Assembly (NCBI GenBank): GCA_030753015.1
Contig: JASMDC010000006.1
Coordinates: forward strand, 64,001 to 128,000
DNA length: 64,000 nt
Origin: Candidatus Undinarchaeales archaeon
GTDB taxonomy: Archaea; SpSt-1190; JASMDC01
Reading direction: 5' to 3'
Part shown: positions 29,612 to 40,431 of the stretch, in pieces
Position numbering within the stretch: the stretch's first letter is position 1
Layout: each line of letters begins with the position of its first letter
The notes under the pieces: generated by a model
Database searches by the model: none
What the model was told of the DNA's origin: nothing
What the model saw: only the letters and a program-made list of their open reading frames with translations
Translations under genes and position numbers: made by a program

Positions 29612-30788
29612 CCCTCACGACACCGTGCAGCTTCTCCTTGTCCATGTTCTCGAACTTTGCGTGGAAGATCATTTTGAGTATGACAGCTTCTCGCTCCATC
29701 ATGAGCGCGTATGTGATGATGGGATCGGGTGAGAGGGTCCGAGAGAGCGTGCGCTCCCTGGCCCCTTGCAGGAGGGCATTGTCGCACGCCCGTTCGAAGG
29801 CGGAGACTGAGAGGTCACCCTTGCACGTTGAGGCGGCCTTGCTCGCTAGCTTGACGATATCCGGCTCGGAAAAGGCAGCACTTATCGCATCAGGGTGCTC
29901 CCCGAGCAGGTCGTGGAATCGCTCCACATGGATCGTGCCGCTCGGCATGAAGGCCTCCTTCGGGAGATCCTCCTGATGGTGGAGGTGTGCACGGACAAGT
30001 GTCTTGAGGTTCTGCACGTCCACAAGGCTCTTGAGGATGTTCCGGGCCAGGTCCGCTCGCCTCCCCATGCTCTCGGACAGCTTCGTGTTAAGGAGGGCGA
30101 AGAATGCCGTGTCCAAGGCATACGCCACATGCTGGGGATCGATCTCCACCTCTTTATCGCTCCCCCCGTGGCGGATGATGTACGGAGCGTATGTGGATAG
30201 GGGCCCCTCCTGGTCTGTCCCCGTTTTCTTGGCTGTAGTGATCGCCCCGAACGTCCTTTCCAGGCACGCCGCGTACCCTGTATCGCCCACCAACCCGGGA
30301 AGCGCGTCAAGCTCTTCGGCCTTGGCCATTGTCGCCAGCGACTCCTCAGAAAGGGTGCCTGCATAGGAGAGCGTCCGCTCGATATGGTCGGGTGGACGCC
30401 CCTGCAGCTTGCCGCGCACGACGGCGTGAAGATTGTGTAGGTCGTGGCGCGCCTGGAGGACGTCGACGAGCACGCGGTCCTCCTCCGGGAGGAGGGAACG
30501 CACCAAGACGTACGTGCGCAGGAGCGTCTTGTCAGCAGCGAGGTCGAAGTCGCGCCACTCACGCACTTGCCTCAGGTCCTGGCTATAGCTCGAGTCGCCA
30601 AGGGCCTTGAGCACCTCAAGGTGCGTTGACGTCTCTACCAACTCATCGATCCTGGCCTTCCGGAGGAGCCGGTTCTCAAGGGCTCGCACCCTCCCGAGGC
30701 CGTACGCGTACTTAGAATCCTCCATACCGTTGAGGCCCAGGTAGGTGAGGACGGCGCCGGACCCGAAGATGAAGGATTCAAGGAGCAT
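29598..30788 (-). CDS. atpC: A/V-type ATP synthase subunit C
   Basis: YAY..GRVRALE..LL, D..NL motifs; operon position. Confidence 0.88.
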   Translation of the reverse strand: MLLESFIFGSGAVLTYLGLNGMEDSKYAYGLGRVRALENRLLRKARIDELVETSTHLEVLKALGDSSYSQDLRQVREWRDFDLAADKTLLRTYVLVRSLLPEEDRVLVDVLQARHDLHNLHAVVRGKLQGRPPDHIERTLSYAGTLSEESLATMAKAEELDALPGLVGDTGYAACLERTFGAITTAKKTGTDQEGPLSTYAPYIIRHGGSDKEVEIDPQHVAYALDTAFFALLNTKLSESMGRRADLARNILKSLVDVQNLKTLVRAHLHHQEDLPKEAFMPSGTIHVERFHDLLGEHPDAISAAFSEPDIVKLASKAASTCKGDLSVSAFERACDNALLQGARERTLSRTLSPDPIITYALMMEREAVILKMIFHAKFENMDKEKLHGVVRDVYV

Positions 30789-30798
30789 TCACGATCAC

Positions 30799-31401
30799 CT
30801 ACGAGAACAGCTCTTTTGCGATCTTTGACCTCAACCCGTCCATGCGAAGCTCGAGCAACGCATCAAAGGACGCATTCACCTCGATCTCACCGCACCGGAG
30901 CACGATCCCGCCGATGATGGCTCGGCCCTCACGCGAGAGGGTGAGGTGCTTCGTCCCAAGGTCGTTCTCGACCTGCTTCAGATCATTATCTGAGAGCACG
31001 CCGTTCTTCCTGTCCCGTTCAGGGAGGATGACCTCGATATCGGGGCCCGGGAGGTCTTCTGCTCCCTTCCTAATCCACGAGAGCAGGAGACCTTTGTACT
31101 CCTTCCCCCTCGTGAACGCCTCGAGGTTCTCATGAACCCGCTCAATGGTCTCGAGGATGAGCTTATCCTTGGCCCTGAGCAGGTTGCGCTTGGGCTCCAT
31201 CGTGCCCACGGCGAGGATCTTCTGTTGCTCGATCCTGGCCTCGCGCTCGGCCTCCCGCATGATCCCCTCCCTTATATGCTCACCATCCGCCCTGGCACGG
31301 GCCAGGATATCGTCTGCCCTCGCCCGCGCCTGGGAGAGCTCCCGCTCAACATCCTTCTCCGCGTCAGCGAGGATCTTGCTACCTATCTCCTCTAAACCCA
31401 C
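30799..31401 (-). CDS. atpE: A/V-type ATP synthase subunit E
   Basis: GTG start (GLEEI..KIL), coiled coil, IIGG.VL...NASFD. Confidence 0.9.
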   Translation of the reverse strand: MGLEEIGSKILADAEKDVERELSQARARADDILARARADGEHIREGIMREAEREARIEQQKILAVGTMEPKRNLLRAKDKLILETIERVHENLEAFTRGKEYKGLLLSWIRKGAEDLPGPDIEVILPERDRKNGVLSDNDLKQVENDLGTKHLTLSREGRAIIGGIVLRCGEIEVNASFDALLELRMDGLRSKIAKELFS

Positions 31402-31426
31402 TGTGAGATCACCTTCTCTGCCCGTA

Positions 31427-31906
<480 letters not shown>

Positions 31907-31918
31907 TTATACACCTCT

Positions 31919-33964
31919 TTAAGCATTCAAACCACTCCCTTGGTTAATTCTGAGGTATTGAACCTCTTTCTTGAATGGGGAGAACCTGCGCCCTCCCCCC
32001 TCTAGGAACTTACCGAACCATTCAACGTAGTGAAGCCTCGCCGTGTGGATGAATCCCGAGAGGGCGCTGAGGATCACATTCACCAGGTGGCCGAAGATGA
32101 AGAGAGGGATGGCCACGATGAGACCCAGCGCTCCGAAAGAGGTCACTACCATCACGGAGAGTGAGTCCACCACGTTGGCGATGACCGCCGAAGCCAGCCC
32201 TAGGGCGAGGATCCTTGTGTACGACAGGACGTCCCCCAGGTACCCAACGAGGCCATAGAGACCAATCAGGCCCACACCAAGCCGTTGGATGGGATTCTTG
32301 AAATTCCTACCGAAGAAGAGGACGACGATGATGACGCCCAAGCCGATGAGGGTCTTGGACACAATCAGGTACTCCTTGCCGATGGTGCCCGCGTCGATGA
32401 GAGCGTAGGCAACGATCCCTGTGAGGAGCATGAGCCATGGAAGGTCGTCCATGAGCGCGTCGGGCCACCTCCCCATCCGGATGTTCTTGTAGGCTGCGAA
32501 CAGGATACCGGACATGAGGTGGATGATTCCAAAAGCGATGGTGAGGTACAGGAACTTCATGGGTTCAGCGAGGGGATCGAAGAGGGAGAAGCGCGAGAGG
32601 ATGGGTATGTACAGGCTCGGGTACTCCTTGGGACTCGTGAAGATGTTCCCCAGCCAGCTCCCTCCCACGAGAGCGCCGGCCACGATGCCGAAGAAACCGC
32701 CGGCCATGAGGACATACATGAGCTTTCGTGCAGCCCCGGTGAGCCCCTTGATGAAGATGAAGTATGAGGAGAGGAGGATGAGGATGATGCCATAGCCTGC
32801 GTCCGTGAGGCAGAAGCCGAAGAAGACGGCAAAGAATGGCATGATGAGGGGGGTGGGGTCCACCTCCCGATAGGAGGGGAGCCCGTACAGCTCCTGCACA
32901 AGCTCGAAGGGCGAGACCCGATCATCGTTATCCAGGATCACAGGGACGCTGTCCTCCGGGTCGGGATCAACCGCCTTCACCTCAACCTTCCCATCCGCGA
33001 CCTCGTCGAGCACAGTCCGAATCCTCGGGACATCATCAGCCTTCGCCCACCCCGTGATGACAAAGAGGTTCGTGCTTTGTGCAAGGTTCCGCTCGACATC
33101 AAGGCCCTGTTTCTGGAGGGACAGGGCGTCGAAGAGCATCTGGAGCTTCGGCTTGGACGACGCGACCCTTTCAAGGAACGAACCCTCCGCCTTCTTGATG
33201 TTATCCTTCAGGTCCCGGATCTCTGTGCCCAGCCGTTCAGCGACCTCGGAAGGGGTGCCCTTTGCGTGGGGGAGGCGTGCTTCCTTGGCGAAGCGGTTGA
33301 GCACATCCCTGGCCTGCTCGTCGGCCGACTTGTGATACACTACCAAGAAGAGTCTTTCCGCTCCCTTTGTGCCAAGGTCCTCCGTGTGAACCGCCCCCCC
33401 TGTCTCCTCTGCTACGGTCCGAAGACCCTGGTGGAGGGGTTCTACGTTGTTCTGGAGGCATGTTATCAGGAGCACCCGTGTATGGGGTGTGTCCGTGAGG
33501 TGGTCAAGCCGGAGCTGGAGGGCCTCGAAGCCCTTGAGCTGTTCGAGCATCTGCTCTCTGCGGCCGATCTCCTCTCGAAGGTACGAGAGCCTGCCCTCAA
33601 CCTCCCGTGCCTCGACCTCGGCAGCGGCGATGATGTTCTCCCCTGACGGGACCACTTGAGCGAACTCGTCTTGATCGACGTCGAGGAACGTCTTGATACC
33701 GATGAGCGAGTCGATGAACGGCGTCTGAGCAGGAGGCTCGTATCGCTTGAACAGGCCGAGGAGGCTTCTCACCCTGGAGAGCTTGGTCTCGACATCGTCC
33801 GCTTCCTCTGGGATGACACCAAAGGAGATGTGCTCGCTCTCCTCGTCGTCGGTGCTGCGGATAGCCTCGACGTGAAGCAGGCCGAGATCGTGGAGTGCCG
33901 AGATGATCGGCTCCTTGACCTCTCTAACCGAGAGGATGGTGAGCTTCTTGATTAGGGTGATCAT
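31919..33964 (-). CDS. atpI: A/V-type ATP synthase subunit I (a)
   Basis: P.Y.EVDPT, FFGF...DAGYG, DVLSYTRILALG, H..RLHYVEWFGKF. Confidence 0.95.
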   Translation of the reverse strand: MITLIKKLTILSVREVKEPIISALHDLGLLHVEAIRSTDDEESEHISFGVIPEEADDVETKLSRVRSLLGLFKRYEPPAQTPFIDSLIGIKTFLDVDQDEFAQVVPSGENIIAAAEVEAREVEGRLSYLREEIGRREQMLEQLKGFEALQLRLDHLTDTPHTRVLLITCLQNNVEPLHQGLRTVAEETGGAVHTEDLGTKGAERLFLVVYHKSADEQARDVLNRFAKEARLPHAKGTPSEVAERLGTEIRDLKDNIKKAEGSFLERVASSKPKLQMLFDALSLQKQGLDVERNLAQSTNLFVITGWAKADDVPRIRTVLDEVADGKVEVKAVDPDPEDSVPVILDNDDRVSPFELVQELYGLPSYREVDPTPLIMPFFAVFFGFCLTDAGYGIILILLSSYFIFIKGLTGAARKLMYVLMAGGFFGIVAGALVGGSWLGNIFTSPKEYPSLYIPILSRFSLFDPLAEPMKFLYLTIAFGIIHLMSGILFAAYKNIRMGRWPDALMDDLPWLMLLTGIVAYALIDAGTIGKEYLIVSKTLIGLGVIIVVLFFGRNFKNPIQRLGVGLIGLYGLVGYLGDVLSYTRILALGLASAVIANVVDSLSVMVVTSFGALGLIVAIPLFIFGHLVNVILSALSGFIHTARLHYVEWFGKFLEGGGRRFSPFKKEVQYLRINQGSGLNA

Positions 33965-33979
33965 GGTCTACCCATTCCT

Positions 33980-34309
33980 CTAGAAACGTCGTTCTTCAGT
34001 ATCGAGAATCCCCTCTGCAATCTCTTTGGCCACAGCGTCGATGCGCACCGACGCCTTCTTCTGGAGGGCCTTCACTGCGGTCTTGCCCTTGCTGAGCGCA
34101 ACCTTCTGCTTGGCCAGGGCATCCTCTTTCAGAGTGCTCAGGAGCTCACCGGCCTCCTTCTCCGCGTCCCGCTTGGCCTTCTCGAGAATATGTGTGGACT
34201 CCTTCTCGGTAGCCGCGACGATGTCCCTGGCCTGGGAGGTTCCGTCATCAACGGTCTTTTTCGCCTTGGTCTCGATCTCACGAACCACACCGAGAATGTC
34301 CTTGGTCAA
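33980..34309 (-). CDS. atpH: A-type ATP synthase subunit H/G
   Basis: About 109-aa Ala/Lys/Glu coiled coil at the head of the operon; probable TTG start at 34309. Confidence 0.75.
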   Translation of the reverse strand: MTKDILGVVREIETKAKKTVDDGTSQARDIVAATEKESTHILEKAKRDAEKEAGELLSTLKEDALAKQKVALSKGKTAVKALQKKASVRIDAVAKEIAEGILDTEERRF

Positions 34310-34344
34310 GGGGGTACAACTCCAAGGGCTCCCCAGAGGAATAA

Positions 34345-34352
34345 TTTTATAA
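34345..34352 (-). promoter_or_regulatory. Putative TATA box of the atp operon
   Basis: TTATAAAA on the - strand, about 36 nt upstream of the proposed atpH start. Confidence 0.55.
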
Positions 34353-34445
34353 CACTTGTGGTAGCGACCCACGCACCCCCCTAGCCAGAATGAAATAGAC
34401 AATCACAGCCACGTTCTGAACCGCCTCCATCAAGGCGGTAACGAG

Positions 34446-34649
34446 ATGACTTCAGAACTCCGTCCGCTCCGTTCCGAGGACAAGCACTTGAAGGCGGAGA
34501 TCGTTCGACAAGCGGCTCAATTTGAGGACGAGAGAGCACAGCTCAAGGCAGAGATGGCCCAACAGGCGGACCACTTCAAGTCGGAACTGGACCATGCTCA
34601 TCAACGTCTATCCGAGGCCGAGGCGCTCATCGCCAAGCTCACCGAGTAA
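34446..34649 (+). CDS. Small coiled-coil hypothetical protein (possibly a gene remnant)
   Basis: 67 aa with an internal 18-aa repeat (LKAEIVRQAAQF / LKAEMAQQADHF). Confidence 0.45.
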   Translation: MTSELRPLRSEDKHLKAEIVRQAAQFEDERAQLKAEMAQQADHFKSELDHAHQRLSEAEALIAKLTE

Positions 34650-34654
34650 CTATT

Positions 34655-34684
34655 GTACTTCAGGCTTACGTACTTCAGGCTTAC
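34655..34684. repeat. Perfect 15-bp tandem duplication GTACTTCAGGCTTAC x2
   Basis: Read directly at 34655-34669 and 34670-34684. Confidence 0.9.
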
Positions 34685-34895
34685 CGGGATCACGTGATGC
34701 ACCTCCACTTCACGCACAACGGCTATACTATAATGGGTGTTCCGCCAGGATGAGATGAACATATAGATCGCTACTTGGGCGAGATTCCCCCTCATCCTGT
34801 CCGTGCTACTTTGTGCTATGGCAACACACAGGCCGCCCCCACCTACATGGTTTTAAGGCGAGGGTTGTTTGAAAGGATGCTCGCGGGGCACCATC

Positions 34896-36179
34896 ATGGC
34901 ACACAAGAATGACCTGTTCACGAATGTCATCGAACAGATTGACAAGGCAAACAGAATCCTGAAACTGGAAGCCGGTATCGTAGAGATCCTCAAACAGCCC
35001 CAGCGAGAGCTCATCGTATCCCTCCCGATCAAGATGGACGATGGCCGTGTACGGGTGTTCGAGGGATTCCGTGTCCAGCATAACTACGCTCGTGGTCCCA
35101 CAAAAGGTGGAATCCGTTACCACTCCGAGTTGAGCCTGGACGATGTCCGAGCGCTGGCCGCCTGGATGACATGGAAGTGCGCCGTGGTCAACATCCCCTA
35201 CGGTGGCGCCATGGGCGGGGTGATCTGCGATCCTAGTACCATGACATCTAGGGAGCTCGAGCGCCTCACGCGGCGGTACGCCTATATGATCCTTCCCCTC
35301 ATCGGTCCAGAGAAGGACATCCCCGCTCCCGACGTATCGACGAACGCTCAGACCATGGCATGGTTCATGGACACGTTCTCCATGTTCCAGGGCTACTCCG
35401 TACCGGGAGTCGTGACTGGCAAACCGGTTTCTTTGGGCGGCTCGAAGGGGCGAACCGAGTCCACGGGCAACGGACTGATGTTCGTCGCCCGAGAGGCACT
35501 CAAGCATAAGGGGATATCCATGGATAGCGCATCCTGTGCCGTCCAGGGATTCGGGAACGTGGGCAGCCACGCCGCTCTGTTCATGCACCAGAAGGGATCG
35601 AAGGTAGTGGCAATCTCCGACCTGTCGGGCGGTATCTTCAATCCCGATGGCATCGACCTACCTGCAGCCTTCGACTACGTTAAGACTGGCAAGAGTGGTC
35701 TCATCAAAGGCTTCGAGAAGCTCCAGAATGGATGCACTTTTGTGAAAGGAGCGGCCGCTGCGACCAAGCAGCTCCTTGAATTGCCTGTGGACGTACTCAT
35801 CCCCGCGGCTTTGGAACACCAAATCACTGGTGAGAATGCGGACCGTATCAAGGCCAAGGTCATCGTAGAGGGTGCCGATGGCCCGACCACTTCCGAGGCG
35901 GATGAGATCCTGTTCAAGAAGGGCGTGTTCGTGGTGCCCGATATACTAGCCAACGCTGGCGGGGTGACAGTGTCGTATTTCGAGTGGGTGCAAGACCTTC
36001 AGGCCCACTTCTGGAGCGAGCATGAGGTCAGGGTGAAGCTGCGAGATGTCATGGTTGCGGCCTTTGAGAACGTCCTTGAACTCTCGAAGAAGCATGATGT
36101 CGATATGCGCACCGCAGCCTCCTGTATCGCCCTCAAACGTGTCGCTGACGCCATCACCATGCGCGGTATATTCCCTTGA
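34896..36179 (+). CDS. Glu/Leu/Phe/Val dehydrogenase family protein (GDH-like) with the catalytic Lys replaced by Met
   Basis: GPTKGGIRY, MTWKCA, GGAMGG (canonical GGAKGG), DIPAPD, VTGKP, GFGNVG, EGADGPT (canonical EGANGPT), NAGGVTVSYFEW. Confidence 0.92.
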   Translation: MAHKNDLFTNVIEQIDKANRILKLEAGIVEILKQPQRELIVSLPIKMDDGRVRVFEGFRVQHNYARGPTKGGIRYHSELSLDDVRALAAWMTWKCAVVNIPYGGAMGGVICDPSTMTSRELERLTRRYAYMILPLIGPEKDIPAPDVSTNAQTMAWFMDTFSMFQGYSVPGVVTGKPVSLGGSKGRTESTGNGLMFVAREALKHKGISMDSASCAVQGFGNVGSHAALFMHQKGSKVVAISDLSGGIFNPDGIDLPAAFDYVKTGKSGLIKGFEKLQNGCTFVKGAAAATKQLLELPVDVLIPAALEHQITGENADRIKAKVIVEGADGPTTSEADEILFKKGVFVVPDILANAGGVTVSYFEWVQDLQAHFWSEHEVRVKLRDVMVAAFENVLELSKKHDVDMRTAASCIALKRVADAITMRGIFP

Positions 36180-36419
36180 AAAACCCTCCGTGTCAGCATA
36201 CTCCGCCTTCACGAAGATTTGTGTGCAATCGGGCATCCCCTACGGAGGAACTGATTCCCCAGCAGAGGTTCTCCTGCAAAGAGGATACTCCTTTCGACTC
36301 TTGAATCCCTCCTCGCCGCTTAAGCGGGAGGGACGAAAAGTTATTGTTAAACAAATAGGGATTATATTTAGTAAATCACTCGCGACGGGCAGACGGGTAT
36401 GCGATAGCATGACGCGGGT

Positions 36420-36453
36420 TATGTCGTGACATACCTTCGGGAAGGTTTATATA
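36420..36453 (+). promoter_or_regulatory. Two adjacent 14-bp palindromes abutting a TATA box upstream of the second GDH
   Basis: TATGTC-GT-GACATA (36420-33), ACCTTC-GG-GAAGGT (36433-46), TTTATATA (36446-53). Confidence 0.5.
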
Positions 36454-36542
36454 TTAACTCTTAATAAGCACGCGCGGTCATGGGTCGTCATTCGTGGCCG
36501 GAGAATGGAATAGCAGACGTAGAGGGTATATGTTAAATATAG

Positions 36543-37880
<1,338 letters not shown>

Positions 37881-37894
37881 ACCAGCCCTGAGGT

Positions 37895-37935
37895 TGGGGG
37901 GTCGGCGCGGACCGGCCCCCCTTCTTCCTCTTCGC
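37895..37935 (+). terminator. GC-rich hairpin followed by a pyrimidine tract after gdhA
   Basis: GGGGGGTCGG-CGCGGA-CCGGCCCCCC then TTCTTCCTCTTC. Confidence 0.45.
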
Positions 37936-38027
37936 ACCGTGACGCAGGTGGGGGAAGAGCCCGCTCCATGAGAGGATATCCTTTTACATACGATGCCACG
38001 ATTACGTCACGTGAGGAGGGATAACTG

Positions 38028-38513
38028 ATGAATCCCGATGAAACCGATATTGTCAAACAAGTCGAAAAGATCGTCGAGGAGCACGGCCCATACACGAAGT
38101 CCCTCATACCCATCCTGCAGGACATACAGGAGGAATACGGGTACGTGCCCGGCGTGGCGATCGCGACCATCGCCGGGCGGCTCGGCATCTCCGGGGACGT
38201 GATCTACGGTGTGACCACGTTCTACTCTCAGTTCAGGTTCAACAGCCCCGGCAGGCACCATATCAAGGCATGCCTGGGCACTGCCTGCCACGTGCGGCGG
38301 GGATCCATGCTCCTTGAGGCAATCGAGCGTCGCCTGGGGATATCCCACGGTGAGACAACGCCGGACGGCCTCTTCAGCCTTGAGAAGGTGGCGTGCCTGG
38401 GGTGCTGCGCCCTGGCCCCGGTGATCGTGGTCGACGATCAGGTGTTCGGTACCTGCACTCCCGCGAAGGTTGATGGCATCCTGTCCCGCTACGAGGGCGA
38501 GGAGAGTGCGTGA
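38028..38513 (+). CDS. NuoE/HydC (BfuC)-like [2Fe-2S] subunit
   Basis: LIPILQDIQEEYGY, TFYSQF, CLGTACHV, CLGCCALAP. Confidence 0.93.
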   Translation: MNPDETDIVKQVEKIVEEHGPYTKSLIPILQDIQEEYGYVPGVAIATIAGRLGISGDVIYGVTTFYSQFRFNSPGRHHIKACLGTACHVRRGSMLLEAIERRLGISHGETTPDGLFSLEKVACLGCCALAPVIVVDDQVFGTCTPAKVDGILSRYEGEESA

Positions 38514-38514
38514 C

Positions 38515-40431
38515 ATGGGCTTCGATGCCGTCCGAAAGAGGGCGAAGGCCTCGTGGGACGGGCTCGTCAGCAGCTCCATTCCCGTGATATACTTCGGCGC
38601 GGCCTCCTGCGGGAGGGCGGCAGGAGTGATGGCCGTCAAGGAGGCCGCGGTCAGGTATCTTGACCGTACGGACACCGATGCCAGGCTCGTCGACGTGGGC
38701 TGCATCGGCCCCTGCTGCTACGAGCCGCTTGTGTACGTCCAGAAGCCGGGGAGGCCGCCCATCTGCTACTCCAACATGGACCCTGATGGGATAGAGACTC
38801 TCCTGGAGGGCTACCTTGCGAGTGACGATCCGATGGGGGATATGGCACTGGGCGTGCTGGGGGACGAGGCCGTGGACGGCATCCCGCCGCTCTTTGAACA
38901 CCCCATGCTGGCACCCCAGGTGCGGCTCGTGCTGCGCAACTGCGGTATCATAGATCCCACCGAGATCGACCACAGTATCGCCCATGGTGGGTACGAGGGA
39001 ATACGAAAGGCCCTGTCCATGACGCCCGAGGAGGTCATCGAGGAAGTGAAGGCCTCCGGGCTCCGCGGGAGGGGCGGCGCAGGATTCTCCACGGGTACCA
39101 AGTGGGCGTTCTGCAGGGACGCCGAGGGTGAGCCTAAGTACTTGATATGCAACGCGGACGAGGGCGATCCGGGGGCGTTCATGAACCGCTCGCTACTGGA
39201 GGGCGACCCCCACACCGTGCTGGAGGGGATGCTCATCGCAGGCTATGCAATCGGGTGCCGTCACGGTTACGTCTACATCAGGGCTGAGTACCCCCTCGCA
39301 ATCGAGCGCCTGATCCACGCCATCGAGCAGATGAGGGCGCACGGCCTGCTCGGCGAGAACATCATGGGCTCGGACTTCTGCTTCGACATCGAGATCAAGA
39401 AGGGGGCCGGCGCGTTTGTGTGCGGCGAGGAGACCGCGCTCATGGCTTCCATCGAGGGGAAGAGGGGCATGCCTAGGACAAGACCCCCGTTCCCGGCGAC
39501 CTCGGGTGTGTGGGGTAAGCCCACGAACATCAACAACGTGGAGACCCTCGGGAGCCTCGCGAACATCATCCGGATGGGAGCAGAGGAGTACGCAATGCAG
39601 GGATCCGACACGGCCAGGGGGACGAAGACCTTCTCCCTGGTGGGCAAGGTGAAGAGGACGGGGCTGATCGAGGTCCCCCTCGGCACCCCGGTGAAGGAGA
39701 TCCTCTTCGGGATCGGTGGTGGCATCGAAAACGACCGGCAGTTCAAGGCGGTGCAGACCGGTGGGCCCTCTGGGGGCTGCATCCCGCGGTCGAAGCTGGA
39801 TCTCCCCGTAGACTACGAGTCCCTCCAGGAGGCAGGCGCCATCATGGGCTCGGGTGGGATGATCGTCATGGACGATGAGACCTGCATGGTGGACGTGGCC
39901 CATTACTTCCTATCCTTCACCCAAGCCGAGTCCTGCGGCAAGTGCGCACCGTGCCGCATCGGCACGAAGCGGATGCTGGACATCCTGGGAAAGATCAAGG
40001 ACGGGAACGGAGAGATGGGGGACCTTGATGAGCTCGAATCCCTCTCCTGGACCATCCAGAACGGCTCCCTCTGCGCGCTGGGGCAGACCGCCCCCAATCC
40101 CGTCCTGACCACCCTGCGCTATTTCAGGGACGAGTTCGAGGAGCACATACGCGAGGGGCGCTGCCGTGCCCGCGTGTGTAAGCCGCTCATCCGCTACGAG
40201 ATAGTGGAAGAGCGCTGCATCGGGTGCGGGGCCTGCCAGAAGCGGTGCCCTGTAGATGCTATCTTGGAGACCAGCCGACCGGTCACGAAGGGCAAGGGCA
40301 AGACAAGGGCCATCGATCCCAAGCTCTGCGTCCGCTGCGGCATCTGCCTTTCCGTGTGCCCGCCGAGCGCGGACGCCGTCGAGAAGTTCTCGCCCGCCAC
40401 CGCAGAGGTGGCCGGGGGTGGCGGCCGATGA
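38515..40431 (+). CDS. NuoF/HydB (BfuB)-like FMN/NADH subunit with N-terminal thioredoxin-like and C-terminal 2x[4Fe-4S] domains
   Basis: GCIGPC, SGLRGRGGAGF, CNADEGDPGAFM, GAGAFVCGEET, GGPSGG, ESCGKC.PCR, CIGCGACQKRCP, CVRCGICLSVCP. Confidence 0.93.
   Translation: MGFDAVRKRAKASWDGLVSSSIPVIYFGAASCGRAAGVMAVKEAAVRYLDRTDTDARLVDVGCIGPCCYEPLVYVQKPGRPPICYSNMDPDGIETLLEGYLASDDPMGDMALGVLGDEAVDGIPPLFEHPMLAPQVRLVLRNCGIIDPTEIDHSIAHGGYEGIRKALSMTPEEVIEEVKASGLRGRGGAGFSTGTKWAFCRDAEGEPKYLICNADEGDPGAFMNRSLLEGDPHTVLEGMLIAGYAIGCRHGYVYIRAEYPLAIERLIHAIEQMRAHGLLGENIMGSDFCFDIEIKKGAGAFVCGEETALMASIEGKRGMPRTRPPFPATSGVWGKPTNINNVETLGSLANIIRMGAEEYAMQGSDTARGTKTFSLVGKVKRTGLIEVPLGTPVKEILFGIGGGIENDRQFKAVQTGGPSGGCIPRSKLDLPVDYESLQEAGAIMGSGGMIVMDDETCMVDVAHYFLSFTQAESCGKCAPCRIGTKRMLDILGKIKDGNGEMGDLDELESLSWTIQNGSLCALGQTAPNPVLTTLRYFRDEFEEHIREGRCRARVCKPLIRYEIVEERCIGCGACQKRCPVDAILETSRPVTKGKGKTRAIDPKLCVRCGICLSVCPPSADAVEKFSPATAEVAGGGGR

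Noticed and set aside
36247-36258. NrpR operator between the GDH genes
   Set aside because: GGAA-CTGA-TTCC has a 4-nt spacer, whereas the NrpR consensus is GGAA-N6-TTCC.
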